A DNA stretch of 64,000 nucleotides from an uncultured delta proteobacterium (GTDB lineage Bacteria > Myxococcota > UBA727 > VGSZ01), in contig CAVZJB010000017.1 in the NCBI GenBank assembly GCA_963775425.1, positions 384,001 to 448,000 on the forward strand. Reading direction: 5' to 3'. This document shows, one piece after another, positions 1 through 9,522 of the stretch. The notes below the pieces were generated by a model, which searched no databases, was not told the origin of the DNA, and saw only the letters and a list, made by a program, of their open reading frames with translations. How positions within the stretch are numbered: the first letter of the stretch is position 1; each line of letters opens with the position of its first letter. A program made the position numbers and the translations under genes.

Positions 1-1
1 C

Positions 2-160
2 GCGCGCCTGTTCTCCTCCGCCGAGCGCCGGCCGCTCCTGTCGCTTCCGTTCCACGCCGACGACTTCGACGGCATCTTGTTCGCCGACGACGAGCGCCTG
101 TCGCTCCCGCTTCAGGCGCGTCCGCGTCCGGCGCCCCCGCCCCGCGGCTCGGCGGCGTAG
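2..160 (+). CDS. 3' end of a CDS entering the window (partial, unknown product)
   Basis: Open frame from nt 2 (ARLFSSAERRPLLSLPFHADDFDGILF...) with GC3-rich codons, ending TAG at 158-160. Confidence 0.5.
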   Translation, partial: ARLFSSAERRPLLSLPFHADDFDGILFADDERLSLPLQARPRPAPPPRGSAA

Positions 161-170
161 CGTTGCGCTG

Positions 171-617
171 ATGCGACGCGCGCTGCTTTTGACCCTGTTG
201 CTCTTCGGCGCCTCGTGCCACGCCGCGCATCCGCAGCATCGCCCCCTCGCCGTGCCGTCCACGGCCGCGTGGGCCGGCGGCGCGAACGGCGGCGCATGGG
301 TCGACTGCTGGCGCGTCTCCGATGAGGAGCGCGCCGAGGCGAAGGCGTCCGGCCAATCGCCGCCGGTCACCGACCCGGCGCTCGACGCGGCGTTCGACTG
401 CCGCGTCTTCGACGCGCGCGGCGCCATTCAACAGAAGGCGCGGTTCCGCCTGCTCGACGTCGACGACGCCCACGCGCTCCACCCCGCGGCCGACCCGCGG
501 CGGGTGATGCAGTATCGCGGCTGGGATGGCTGCCGCGTCCTCCTCGAAGGCGAGCGCGTCCTCGTGCCCGAGAAGAAGACCGCGTGCGCGAACGGCGTCT
601 GCACGGATCGTTGCTGA
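171..617 (+). CDS. Hypothetical exported protein / possible lipoprotein
   Basis: Signal-like N-terminus MRRALLLTLLLFGASC, several Cys; TAGCGT 7 nt upstream of the ATG. Confidence 0.65.
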   Translation: MRRALLLTLLLFGASCHAAHPQHRPLAVPSTAAWAGGANGGAWVDCWRVSDEERAEAKASGQSPPVTDPALDAAFDCRVFDARGAIQQKARFRLLDVDDAHALHPAADPRRVMQYRGWDGCRVLLEGERVLVPEKKTACANGVCTDRC

Positions 618-620
618 GCG

Positions 621-3527
621 TCAAAGACGGCGACGGCGCGCGCGGCGGCGGCGGAGCGCGACGAGCGCCAGGGCGGCGACGGCGGCGTCGGCCGTGACGT
701 CGCTCGTCGACCGGCAGCCGCAGCCTGAGGGCGGCGGCGGCGTGAGGGCGATGGTGACGACGCCGTCCCCTTCGCCTTCGCCTTCCCCTTCCCCTTCCCC
801 TTCGCCTTCCCCTTCCCCTTCGCCTTCGGCGCCGAGGCCGGGCGCGAGCTGGTCGATGAGCCGCGCGAAGATCGCGGCGCGCGCGGACTCGGGCACGACG
901 GCTTCGAGGCCGGCGCCGAACAACGCGGTGTGGGCGGTGACGACGGCGGCCCCGCTGCCGTCGGGATAGACGAGCGGCGTGCTGACGGACGCGTCCGCGG
1001 CGTCGGCGGGGGCGTACACGTCCGGGAACTGCACCTCGTAGAGCGCGCTCCCGTCGTCGAGGCCGACGCCGCCGTCGTCGAACGCGCCGTCGAGCAGGCC
1101 GGTGCCCGCGAGCGTGAACGTGTCGGCGTCGTCGGCGACGTAGGCCGCGCCGAAGCGGTCGGCGAGGAACGCGGCGCCGTCGCCTCGCTCGACGAGCGCG
1201 TAGCCGATCTCCTCGCCCGAGGCGATCACCGCGCCCCCGCCGTCGAGGTACGCGCCGAAGAGGTCCTGCATGGCAGGCGACACGGCCTCGTCTTCCACCG
1301 AGTCCTTGCCGGCGGCGAAGTCGACGACGGCATAGTCGGAGAGCGAGACGGTGCCGTCCTCGACGCTCTCGTCGAGCGCGCCGTCGAAGCCGGCGACGCG
1401 GAGCAGCGCGCGGCCGTGCTCGACGGCGCCCATGAGGTCGTTGTCGACGTCCTGCACGTACGCGTCGCGCCGGTCATAGGCCCACAGCACCAGCACCGGG
1501 GCGTTCCCGGCGGACGCGCCCTCGACGGGCGTCCCCCGAAACCGAGCCACGACGGCCTCGGAGGCGAAGCCCTCGCCGTTCGCGTCGAGCGCGCTGACGC
1601 GGAACGCGTAGCCGGCGCCGGCGTCGAGCGTCGCGGTGCCCGCGCCGCCGTCACCGTCCTGCGTCGCGGCGGAAAACACGAGCGACGCGCCCGCGGGATC
1701 GTTCGCGTCGACGACGACGCCGTCGTCGAACGCCCGGCCCGCGCCGCGGCCACCGCCCGCCGGTCCGCTCTCGAGCCGCGCCTTCACCACGCGATACGCG
1801 GCGGCGCCGTCGACGGGCCGCCACGAGACGCGCAAGGTGCCGTCGGCGAGGTTCTGCGCGACGACGCCGTCCGGGCGCGCGGGCGGCACATCACTGCCGG
1901 GCGCGAGGTACTGCGCGATGCCGCGGACCAGGCCGCGGGCGAAGCGCTCGCGCCACCGCGGATCGTGGAGCGACTCGTTGTCGGGCCGGGCGATGCCGGC
2001 GGTGTCGACGAGGTCGTCGAAGAAGCCCGTCTCGACGAGGATGCCGGGCGTGTCGTCGAGGTCGCGCAGCTCGCCGAAGTTTGCGACCAGGCGCCCGCGG
2101 TCACCCCAGCCGGGGTCCCACGTGCCGCGCAGCTCGTCGACGATGGCGCGGTGCACCGTGTCCTCGAGCTCGCGCGAGCCGGGCGGGTCGTCGCAGTCGA
2201 CGGCGTCGTCGGAGGCAGAGTGATCGCCGTAGAGCTGGCACGAGTACCGGTACGTCGACGTGCCGTGCGTGGTGGACCCGGCGCCGGCGCCGGTGGCGTT
2301 GGCGTGGATGGACACGTAGATGTCGGGTCCGACGAATTCGGCGTAGGAGGGGCGGATGGTGACGTCGTTCTTGGCGTCGACGTCGGCGGGGGCGCCGGCG
2401 TAGGGGACGTAGCTCTTCGCGCCCATCTCCCACCAGGGCTTGCGCGAGTCCGGGTCCGCGCCGCCGCCGGCCTTGACGGCGTCGGCGATGAGGAAGCCCG
2501 TCGCGGGCCCGTGCGCGAGCTCGACGCTGCCGCCGCTCGCGAAAGAGAACGCGCCGAGGTCGAGCCAGAAGCGGCCCATGCGCGTCTGGTCGACGAGGAA
2601 GGTGCGCACCCCGCCCTCGTGGACGACGGTAACGACGGCGCCGGCGGTGCGGTTTTGGCCCTCGGGGAAGCGGAGCGACACGCGGCGCGGTCCGTCGAGC
2701 GGCGGCACGTCGAAGGCGGCGGCCCCGGGGTCGGTGTCTGCGTTGACGCGGTAGTGGCCGAGGTAGCCGACGCCGGCGGTGGAGCCGTCGGCCCAGCCGC
2801 CGGCGCTCTCCGCGTAGCCGTCGCCGGCGTCGTCGACGACGGCCTCCGCGGCGGCGTCGTGATCGGGCTCGCGCACGGGGATGACCTCGGCGCCCATCTG
2901 CTCGAGGAGCGGGATGACCTGATTGGTCACGGTCTCGGCGGTGAAGAAGTCCTCGGTGATGCCACGGCAGCTCCCGCAGCCGTCCCACTTGAAGTTCTCG
3001 CGCTGCGTGGCCCAGCCGCCGTTGCCGTCTTCGAGCCAGCCGTGGCCCGCCGAGATGGCGACGCGCAGGCCCGCGAGCGCGCCGAACGATCCGGGCGACG
3101 AGGCGTCCGCCTGCGCCTGCTTGCGCTTGGTGCCGGCGGGCCGCCGCTGCGGGCGATGCGGCGGGCCCGCCGACGACGCGGGCGGGCGCGTGGGGTGACC
3201 GTCGACGTCGCGCGGGTCCGTGCCGAGGGAGCGCACGCCGGCGCCGTCGCGCACGAACACGAAGACGCCGCCGCGCACGCCGCGCGTAAGCTCATCGAGG
3301 GCGCCGACGAGGGCCTCGCGGGCGAGCTCCTCGGCGAGCAGCGAGCGCAGCGGCGCGACGACGACGACGGCGCCGCGCGACGCGGAGAACGCGTCGAGCA
3401 CGGTGAGCCCCGCGCGCGCCGCCGCCCGCGCCGCCACGCCGGGATCGAGCGTCTCTGTCGACGGCGCCGGCAGCGCAGGGGCGCCGGCGAGGGCCACGGA
3501 CACGAGCGCGCAGGCGGAGGCGAGCAT
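621..3527 (-). CDS. N-acetylmuramoyl-L-alanine amidase (Amidase_3) with accessory beta/FN3-like domains, (GE)n linker and MYXO-CTERM anchor
   Basis: Zn-amidase motifs ISAGHG, TEDFF, VSIHAN, LVETGF; signal peptide; FN3-like segment (LRVSWRPV...YAFRVSA); C-terminus GCGC-hydrophobic-RRRR. Confidence 0.85.
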   Translation of the reverse strand: MLASACALVSVALAGAPALPAPSTETLDPGVAARAAARAGLTVLDAFSASRGAVVVVAPLRSLLAEELAREALVGALDELTRGVRGGVFVFVRDGAGVRSLGTDPRDVDGHPTRPPASSAGPPHRPQRRPAGTKRKQAQADASSPGSFGALAGLRVAISAGHGWLEDGNGGWATQRENFKWDGCGSCRGITEDFFTAETVTNQVIPLLEQMGAEVIPVREPDHDAAAEAVVDDAGDGYAESAGGWADGSTAGVGYLGHYRVNADTDPGAAAFDVPPLDGPRRVSLRFPEGQNRTAGAVVTVVHEGGVRTFLVDQTRMGRFWLDLGAFSFASGGSVELAHGPATGFLIADAVKAGGGADPDSRKPWWEMGAKSYVPYAGAPADVDAKNDVTIRPSYAEFVGPDIYVSIHANATGAGAGSTTHGTSTYRYSCQLYGDHSASDDAVDCDDPPGSRELEDTVHRAIVDELRGTWDPGWGDRGRLVANFGELRDLDDTPGILVETGFFDDLVDTAGIARPDNESLHDPRWRERFARGLVRGIAQYLAPGSDVPPARPDGVVAQNLADGTLRVSWRPVDGAAAYRVVKARLESGPAGGGRGAGRAFDDGVVVDANDPAGASLVFSAATQDGDGGAGTATLDAGAGYAFRVSALDANGEGFASEAVVARFRGTPVEGASAGNAPVLVLWAYDRRDAYVQDVDNDLMGAVEHGRALLRVAGFDGALDESVEDGTVSLSDYAVVDFAAGKDSVEDEAVSPAMQDLFGAYLDGGGAVIASGEEIGYALVERGDGAAFLADRFGAAYVADDADTFTLAGTGLLDGAFDDGGVGLDDGSALYEVQFPDVYAPADAADASVSTPLVYPDGSGAAVVTAHTALFGAGLEAVVPESARAAIFARLIDQLAPGLGAEGEGEGEGEGEGEGEGEGEGDGVVTIALTPPPPSGCGCRSTSDVTADAAVAALALVALRRRRARRRRL
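768..827 (-). repeat. (Gly-Glu)~10 coding repeat
   Basis: ccttcg/ccttcc hexamer run encoding EGEGEG before the MYXO-CTERM tail. Confidence 0.9.
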
Positions 3528-3688
3528 CGATTCACCCTAGCCGGGCAAACCGCACCGCTTAAGGGGGGATCGCACCGCGGGACCGAATTGCGCGCGAGGG
3601 AGAGGCGCCGGTCGATTCGGGCCGGGTGTGACCGGAGCAGCGCCGCACCGCGCGGGTCACGCGCCGCGACGTGCCACACTCGACGACG

Positions 3689-4594
3689 ATGCCCGACGCC
3701 GTCATCGACCAGCTCAACCGCAAGGTGCGCCGGATCCACTTCACGGCGGCCACGAACCCGCTGATCGAGGGCGCCGGCCTTCGGGAGACGGGCAACCGCA
3801 GCTACGGAAAGAACATCTACGTCGCCACCCACGATCCGTACAAGGCGAACGACGAGGATCTCCTCATCGGGCGGGCCCTGTCGGCGGGGACGGTGGAGCG
3901 CCTCGGTGACCTCGAGCTGCGGTGCGAGGCGAAGCACGGCGCGCTGGCCGTGGCCATCTTCGACGCGCAGGGCCGCGCTCGCAGCCGCACCCTCACCGCC
4001 CGGGTCCACGGCGCCACGGCGTGCGACGAGGGGCTGTTTGCGTGGTTCAGCGAGCTCGAGGACATCTGCACGCCGTGGAACGACAGCGATCCGCCCGTGT
4101 GCCAGGTGGTCACCGTGGACGGCCTCCGCCGCTACGCCGCGGCGCGCGCCCGCGTCGAGCTGCCCGAGGAGAGCGACCGCGCGCCCTTGCCCCGCGGCGA
4201 GCCCCCGAGCGAGGCGCTCATCCACGTGCGGCTGCGGGCGCTCCTCGAGGGCGCGCTCCCGAAGCACGCGCGCCGCAAGCCCAGCGAGGAGCACGCGGAG
4301 CGGCTGCCGCCCGCGCTCGAGGCGCCGTACCTCGCGGCGCTCACGGAGGCGCGCCGGCTCGGCTGCGAGCGCGCCGGCCTCGAGACCTGGGCCGCGCGGC
4401 TCGCCGCCGACGCGAAGCCCGCCTTCGACGCCATCGCTGCCGCCGTCGCGGCCGCGGACCCGCGCGCCAACGACGACGACGTCGCACGCGCGGCGGCGGT
4501 GGAGGCGCTGCGCGGGCCGAAGCTCCAGTGGGTTGAAGAGCGCGAGCAGCGCGCCGCGCGGCTCGTGTGCCTCTTCCGCTTCGTGACCTCGTAG
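3689..4594 (+). CDS. Hypothetical cytoplasmic protein
   Basis: ~300-aa ORF with normal codon bias and no recognised motif; start could also be GTG 3671. Confidence 0.7.
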   Translation: MPDAVIDQLNRKVRRIHFTAATNPLIEGAGLRETGNRSYGKNIYVATHDPYKANDEDLLIGRALSAGTVERLGDLELRCEAKHGALAVAIFDAQGRARSRTLTARVHGATACDEGLFAWFSELEDICTPWNDSDPPVCQVVTVDGLRRYAAARARVELPEESDRAPLPRGEPPSEALIHVRLRALLEGALPKHARRKPSEEHAERLPPALEAPYLAALTEARRLGCERAGLETWAARLAADAKPAFDAIAAAVAAADPRANDDDVARAAAVEALRGPKLQWVEEREQRAARLVCLFRFVTS

Positions 4595-4679
4595 CCGCCG
4601 CCTCCGCACGGGAGCGGGCAGCGTTCGCGCGCGCGCGTGTGTCGCTCGTGTGTGGCACGCCGCGTGCGTCGACGCAGGC

Positions 4680-5438
4680 ATGCCGCGCACCGCCACACCA
4701 TTCGCCCTCGCCATCGCGGTCGCCGCCGCCGCCCTCGGGGCGTGCGCGCCCGACGAGCTCGCTCGCGCGCCGCTGCGCATCGACCTCGGCGACGTCTTCC
4801 CCGAGGCGGCCTCTTTCAGCACGGGCGCAGGCACGCCCACGGACGTTCCCCTCAGCGGATCCTTCGACGTCGACCGTCAGCCCGACGACTGCACCGGCCT
4901 CGAGGACGGCACCGTCACGTTCGACACCGCCAGCGTGGTCTTTCAGGGCGGCTATCACGGCCTGCGCGCAGGCAGCTCCGCGCTCGGCGCCCCGGACGCC
5001 CCGACGTGGACCTGCGACCCGCGCTTCGAGGGTGTCATCGACGACGTCGAAGTGCCGGACGAAGCCCGCGACGGCGTCTTCGCCGTCGACGCCGGCGGCA
5101 TGACGGCGCGCTACGTGGGGCGAAACCTGATCGCGCGGCACCACGTCGTCGCCGACGGGCCCGCCGTCCGGCTCGCGGATCGCTGGCGCACGCGCTTCCA
5201 CCTGGAGCCTGCCACCGACGTGCTCGACGGCGCCGTCGCCGGCGAGCCGAACATGGACGTCCTCGCCGTCGGCGTCGACGACGGCGACCTCTTCGTCGAC
5301 GTCGCCCCCGGCGTCCCCAACGGAGGGGCGGTGATCACCGTGGCGTTCCACGTCGACGAGGTCGCCTGCGACGGCTTCGCGTCCTGCGCGGTGTCGGTGA
5401 CCCACACCGAGTGGGTGGTCGCCGACAGCGGCCTGTGA
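4680..5438 (+). CDS. Hypothetical lipoprotein (acidic, beta-rich)
   Basis: Signal peptide with lipobox ALGAC. Confidence 0.75.
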   Translation: MPRTATPFALAIAVAAAALGACAPDELARAPLRIDLGDVFPEAASFSTGAGTPTDVPLSGSFDVDRQPDDCTGLEDGTVTFDTASVVFQGGYHGLRAGSSALGAPDAPTWTCDPRFEGVIDDVEVPDEARDGVFAVDAGGMTARYVGRNLIARHHVVADGPAVRLADRWRTRFHLEPATDVLDGAVAGEPNMDVLAVGVDDGDLFVDVAPGVPNGGAVITVAFHVDEVACDGFASCAVSVTHTEWVVADSGL

Positions 5439-5462
5439 TCTTGCCGCCACCGGGGCGTGGTC

Positions 5463-6428
5463 TCACGCGCGCGCCGGCGCCGCCCCCCGAACGTTCACGC
5501 CGTCGAGGAAGCGCAGCACCGCCGCCCCCCACGCGCCGGGATCCTCGAGCATCGGGTAGTGCCCGACGCCGGGCAGGCGCGTGTGCTCGGCGTTCGGGAT
5601 CTCACGAGCGAGCTGGTCACCGATGGCCCGCACGGCGACGGGGTCGTCGTCGGCCCACAGCACGTGCGCTGGGACGTCGAGGCGCTCGAGCGCACCGACG
5701 AAGCGCTGCATGAAGCGCATGCGCTCATCGAGGTATTGCGAGACCGCCGGCAGCACCGCGCGCCCGCCGTTGTGCTCGAGCGCGAGGTACATCGCGTCGA
5801 GGTGCTCGGCTTCGACGGGCCGGCGCAGGATGCGACGCATGTTGCGCACGAAGAGGCCGCGCGTGGCGAAGCGGACGTAGAGCGGCCCAAGGCGCGAGCG
5901 CAGGATCTTCTGCGCGATGCGGAGGTGGGCGAGCTCCAGGTGGACGCTGCCGTTGGTGAGCGTGACGCTCCCCACCTCGAGGGGGAGCAGGCCGCGCTCC
6001 CGCCGCGCGAGGACCTCGGTGCACACGCTGGTTCCGTAGTCGTGCGCGAGCAGGTGCATGCGCTCGACGCCGAGCGAGCGCCACAGCTCGACGGCGACGT
6101 CGGCTTGCTCCATCAACGAGTAGCCGTACCCGCGCGCGGGTTTGTCCGACAGCCCGAAGCCGATGTGGTCGTGGACGATGACCCGAAAGCGCGCCGCGAG
6201 CGCGTCGACGACGAGGGCGAAGTCGCCGGACCACGAGGGGAAGCCGTGCAGGATGCACAGCGCCGGCCGCTCGCCCGCGGCCGGGGCGCCGGTGTCGACG
6301 ACGAAGACGCGCTTGCGCTCGACCTCGACGAGCCTGCCGCGCGCGCGCCAGTCCTCGAACGGCCCGCGTGACGACGCCGGGTGCGCCTGTGCGGCGCCGG
6401 GGACGGCCGCGTCGCCGCGGTCAGCCAC
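5463..6428 (-). CDS. Alpha/beta hydrolase, epoxide hydrolase/MEST-like
   Basis: HGFP oxyanion motif, GFGLSDKP, AHDYG nucleophile Asp, GHYP catalytic His; overlaps the moaA stop. Confidence 0.9.
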   Translation of the reverse strand: MADRGDAAVPGAAQAHPASSRGPFEDWRARGRLVEVERKRVFVVDTGAPAAGERPALCILHGFPSWSGDFALVVDALAARFRVIVHDHIGFGLSDKPARGYGYSLMEQADVAVELWRSLGVERMHLLAHDYGTSVCTEVLARRERGLLPLEVGSVTLTNGSVHLELAHLRIAQKILRSRLGPLYVRFATRGLFVRNMRRILRRPVEAEHLDAMYLALEHNGGRAVLPAVSQYLDERMRFMQRFVGALERLDVPAHVLWADDDPVAVRAIGDQLAREIPNAEHTRLPGVGHYPMLEDPGAWGAAVLRFLDGVNVRGAAPARA

Positions 6429-7467
6429 CGACGTCGGCCATGCTGAAAGGAACGCGGTGCGGCGCCACCAGGGGGTGCCAGGAGCGCTTGTCGTCGAGGC
6501 CGGCGTCGAGGAGCGCTTGCAAGGTCTCGTCGGACGCGCCCGACAAGAGCGCCGCGCCGAGGGGGATGCCCCCGGCCTGGTACAGACAGCCGCGCAGGCG
6601 CCCGTCCGCCGTGAGGCGCAGGCGATCGCAGCGCGCGCAGAAGGGCTCCGTGTCCGACGCGATGACGCCGAAGACGACGCCGTCGCCGCTGCGGAAGAGC
6701 GCAGCGGGATCGCTCGGGTGACGGCGCTCGACCGGCGCGACGCCGCCGGCCGCGCGCCCGGCGGCCTCGACGATGTCGCGGCCGGAGACGAACACGGAGC
6801 GGGCGTAGTCGTCGGCGCTGCCGGTGCTCATCAGCTCGATGAAGCGCACCTGCACGCCCGTGGCGCGCGACAGCGCGAGGAAGTCGCCAATCTCGTCATC
6901 GTTCTTCCCGCGCTGGACGACGACGTTGAGCTTGACCTCGTCGAGCACGCCGCGCGCCTTCTCCACCGCGGCCAGCACCGCCTCCGGCGCGCTCTTGCCC
7001 ATGAGGGCCCCGTAGCGCTCGGGGCGCAACGTATCGAGGTGCACGGTGACGCGGCGCAGGCCCGCGCGGGCGAGGCCGTCGACGGTGGCGGCCAGGCGCT
7101 GGCCGTTGGTGGTGAGCGCGAGGTCGGCGTGCGGCATCGCCTCGTGCCAGGCGGCGACGACGTCGACGACGTCGGCGCGCAGCAGCGGCTCTCCACCGGT
7201 GATGCGCACCTTGTGCACGCCGCGGGCGCGGAACAGCCGGCCGAGCCTCAGGTAGTCGGCGGACTCGAGCTGCGCGCGGTGCTCGCGCGACGACGGGAGC
7301 GCCGCGGGGGCGCAGTAGGGGCAGTGGTAGGAGCAGCGCTCGATGACGCTGACGCGCAGCGCGTACGCGGGCAGCCGGCCGCGGGGCTCGTGAGCCGGGC
7401 CGTCCTGACCCGGGCCGTTTGGGACCGGGGTGTCGGGGATGGAGTCGAGGACCGGTAGCGGGGCCAT
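6421..7467 (-). CDS. moaA: GTP 3',8-cyclase (molybdenum cofactor biosynthesis protein A)
   Basis: CSYHCPYC radical-SAM motif, ITGGEPLLR, C-terminal CxxC-x13-C (CARCDRLRLTADGRLRGC), terminal VGG. Confidence 0.92.
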   Translation of the reverse strand: MAPLPVLDSIPDTPVPNGPGQDGPAHEPRGRLPAYALRVSVIERCSYHCPYCAPAALPSSREHRAQLESADYLRLGRLFRARGVHKVRITGGEPLLRADVVDVVAAWHEAMPHADLALTTNGQRLAATVDGLARAGLRRVTVHLDTLRPERYGALMGKSAPEAVLAAVEKARGVLDEVKLNVVVQRGKNDDEIGDFLALSRATGVQVRFIELMSTGSADDYARSVFVSGRDIVEAAGRAAGGVAPVERRHPSDPAALFRSGDGVVFGVIASDTEPFCARCDRLRLTADGRLRGCLYQAGGIPLGAALLSGASDETLQALLDAGLDDKRSWHPLVAPHRVPFSMADVGG

Positions 7468-7492
7468 GAGCTGCGTCGTATTCCTCTCGAGT

Positions 7493-8191
7493 ATGGGCGA
7501 TACCGACGACAACGAGAAGCTGCAACGCGTGGTGGAGGCGCGGATGCGCTTGAAGGCGCGCTTCGCGGAGGCCCAGCGCAGGAGCCCCTCGGTCGCCGAC
7601 GACGCGCCCCAGGGAGAGGGGCCGCCCAACCGCCACGGCATGCCGCAGGTCCCGACGGGTCAGGTGAAGACGGAGCGGTGGCCCATCCTCGACCTCGGCG
7701 TTCGTCCGCGCGTCCCCGATCCGTGGCGCGTCGTCGTCGACGGCGCCGTGCACCAGCCGGTCACGCTCGATTGGGACGCGTTCATGGCGCTGCCGCAGGT
7801 CGACGACACCAGCGACTTTCACTGCGTGACGACGTGGTCCAAGCTCGATGTCGCCTGGCGCGGGGTGCGCGTGTCGACGCTGCTGGCGCTCGCCGAGCCC
7901 CTCGACGAGGCCACGCACCTGATGTGCCACGGCTACGACGGCTACTCCACCAACGTGTCCCTCGCGGAGGCCACCAAGGACGACGTCCTCCTCGCCCACA
8001 CCGTCGGCGGCAGGCCGCTCCCCCCGGAGCACGGCGGGCCCGTCCGCATGATCACGCCACAACTGTACGCCTGGAAGGGGAGCAAGTGGATCGCGCGCCT
8101 CGAGGTGATGGTCGGTGACAAGCCGGGCTTTTGGGAAGAGCGCGGCTACTCGATGACCGCGTATCCGTGGCGCGACGATCGCTACCGCTGA
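7493..8191 (+). CDS. Sulfite oxidase-like molybdopterin-dependent oxidoreductase
   Basis: DFHCVTTWS Mo-ligand Cys, EHGGPVR, YAWKGSKW, GFWEERGY; no Tat signal. Confidence 0.9.
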   Translation: MGDTDDNEKLQRVVEARMRLKARFAEAQRRSPSVADDAPQGEGPPNRHGMPQVPTGQVKTERWPILDLGVRPRVPDPWRVVVDGAVHQPVTLDWDAFMALPQVDDTSDFHCVTTWSKLDVAWRGVRVSTLLALAEPLDEATHLMCHGYDGYSTNVSLAEATKDDVLLAHTVGGRPLPPEHGGPVRMITPQLYAWKGSKWIARLEVMVGDKPGFWEERGYSMTAYPWRDDRYR

Positions 8192-9522
8192 TTTGCGGAG
8201 AGCACGACGACGTCGAGCGGCGCCACGGCCTCGCGCATCAGCTCGGCCACCCGCTCGTCGGTGCCGTCCTGGGCGACGGCGCTGTCGAACGCCTCGGACT
8301 CGCCCGGCTGGAGCGTGCCGAAGTCGTGCGAGAGCATGAAGCCCACGTCGTCGGGCCCGAGGTCCTCGGTGATGTCGAGGCCGCCGCGCTCGTAGACGTC
8401 GTCGTGGAGCGCGGGGGCCGCGCCCACGAGCTGGTGTGAGGGCGCGTCGTCGAAGCAGAAGCCCGACGCGCGTGGAACGAGATCGCCCGGCTTCTGCACG
8501 AGGCAGCCGTCGACGACGCTCGCGGTGTCGTTCCCCGAGGAGCTGCCCATGTCGTAGTCGACGAGCTCGTCGACGCCGACGCCGTCGACGGCGACGGCGC
8601 CGGTGTTCTCCACGACGAACGTGGCGTGAACGAGCGCGGTGTCGGCGTCGCTGGTGAGGTACTCGGTGAGCGCGAGCGGCCCCGACGAGACACGGGTGCG
8701 CACGAGGTGGAACGCGGGCTCGTCGATGGCCTCGGGGCCGGAGACGAGCGTATGCACCGTGAACGGTGCGCCGGTGGGGTTCCGGGCGGTGGGCGTGATG
8801 GTGTACGCGTCGCCGGTCCGGATGCGGATGCAGCGGTCGAAGATCTCGAGGGCGCTGGACTCGATGAGCAACGGCTGGCTGCCGTCGCCGGCGGACAGGT
8901 GCGCGCCGGCCGCGCCGCCGAGGTCGCTCGTCGACGTGCCGACCAGCTCCGGCGCGGCGCCGCCGTTCACGACGAAGTGCACGACGTACGTCGACGCGAT
9001 GGTTGCGTCGATGGGCGTGACGGGCGCGAACAGGAAGATCACCCGATCCGACGAGAGAGACGCGGCGAACGCGTCGATCGCGCCCGCGGGTCCCTCGAGC
9101 TTGGCCGCGGCGGGATCGATGGCGCCGGCCGCGCCGGCGAGGTCGGCGAGCGCGCGCAGATCGACGGTGAGCCGCACGGGCAACGCGGTGCGCGCGACGC
9201 CGCCTCCGGTCACGGAGAGCGCGCCGTCGACGCCGATGGGCCCTGGATCGCCTTCTCCCTCTCCTTCGCCCTCTCCCTCTCCTTCTCCCTCTCCTTCGCC
9301 TTCTCCTTCTCCTTCTCCTTCTCCTTCGCCTTCTCCCTCTCCTTCGCCTTCTCCTTCGCCTTCGCCCTCGCCTTCGCCCTCGCTGGCGGCGAGCGCGCAG
9401 AAGCCGTCGCGGCAGACGGCGGCGGCGGCACAATCGTCGTCGACCGAGCACGGCGTGGAGAAGAGGTGACACGCCGGCGCGAGCGCGAGCGCGAGGAGGA
9501 CGATGGGGGCGCGCGCGCTCAT
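8182..9522 (-). CDS. Cys-rich lipoprotein with long (GE)n linker and unknown beta-rich C-terminal domain
   Basis: Lipobox-like LAPAC, CSVDDDC..C...C module, ~22 GE repeats; ATGA overlap with upstream TPR gene. Confidence 0.8.
   Translation of the reverse strand: MSARAPIVLLALALAPACHLFSTPCSVDDDCAAAAVCRDGFCALAASEGEGEGEGEGEGEGEGEGEGEGEGEGEGEGEGEGEGEGEGEGEGDPGPIGVDGALSVTGGGVARTALPVRLTVDLRALADLAGAAGAIDPAAAKLEGPAGAIDAFAASLSSDRVIFLFAPVTPIDATIASTYVVHFVVNGGAAPELVGTSTSDLGGAAGAHLSAGDGSQPLLIESSALEIFDRCIRIRTGDAYTITPTARNPTGAPFTVHTLVSGPEAIDEPAFHLVRTRVSSGPLALTEYLTSDADTALVHATFVVENTGAVAVDGVGVDELVDYDMGSSSGNDTASVVDGCLVQKPGDLVPRASGFCFDDAPSHQLVGAAPALHDDVYERGGLDITEDLGPDDVGFMLSHDFGTLQPGESEAFDSAVAQDGTDERVAELMREAVAPLDVVVLSANQR
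9250..9381 (-). repeat. (Gly-Glu)~22 coding repeat
   Basis: Mixed-codon purine-rich run (ggcgaa/ggagag/ggagaa on the coding strand). Confidence 0.9.

Noticed and set aside
930-3764. Long antisense or alternative-frame ORFs (e.g. 930-3764+, 10356-12764+, 27438-30464-, 55153-61569+)
   Set aside because: Shadows of real genes caused by stop-codon scarcity at high GC; Arg/Ala/Gly-rich and motif-free.
9250-9381. GE tracts as phase-variation loci
   Set aside because: Hexamer units keep the frame and codons are heterogeneous, so no on/off switching is expected.
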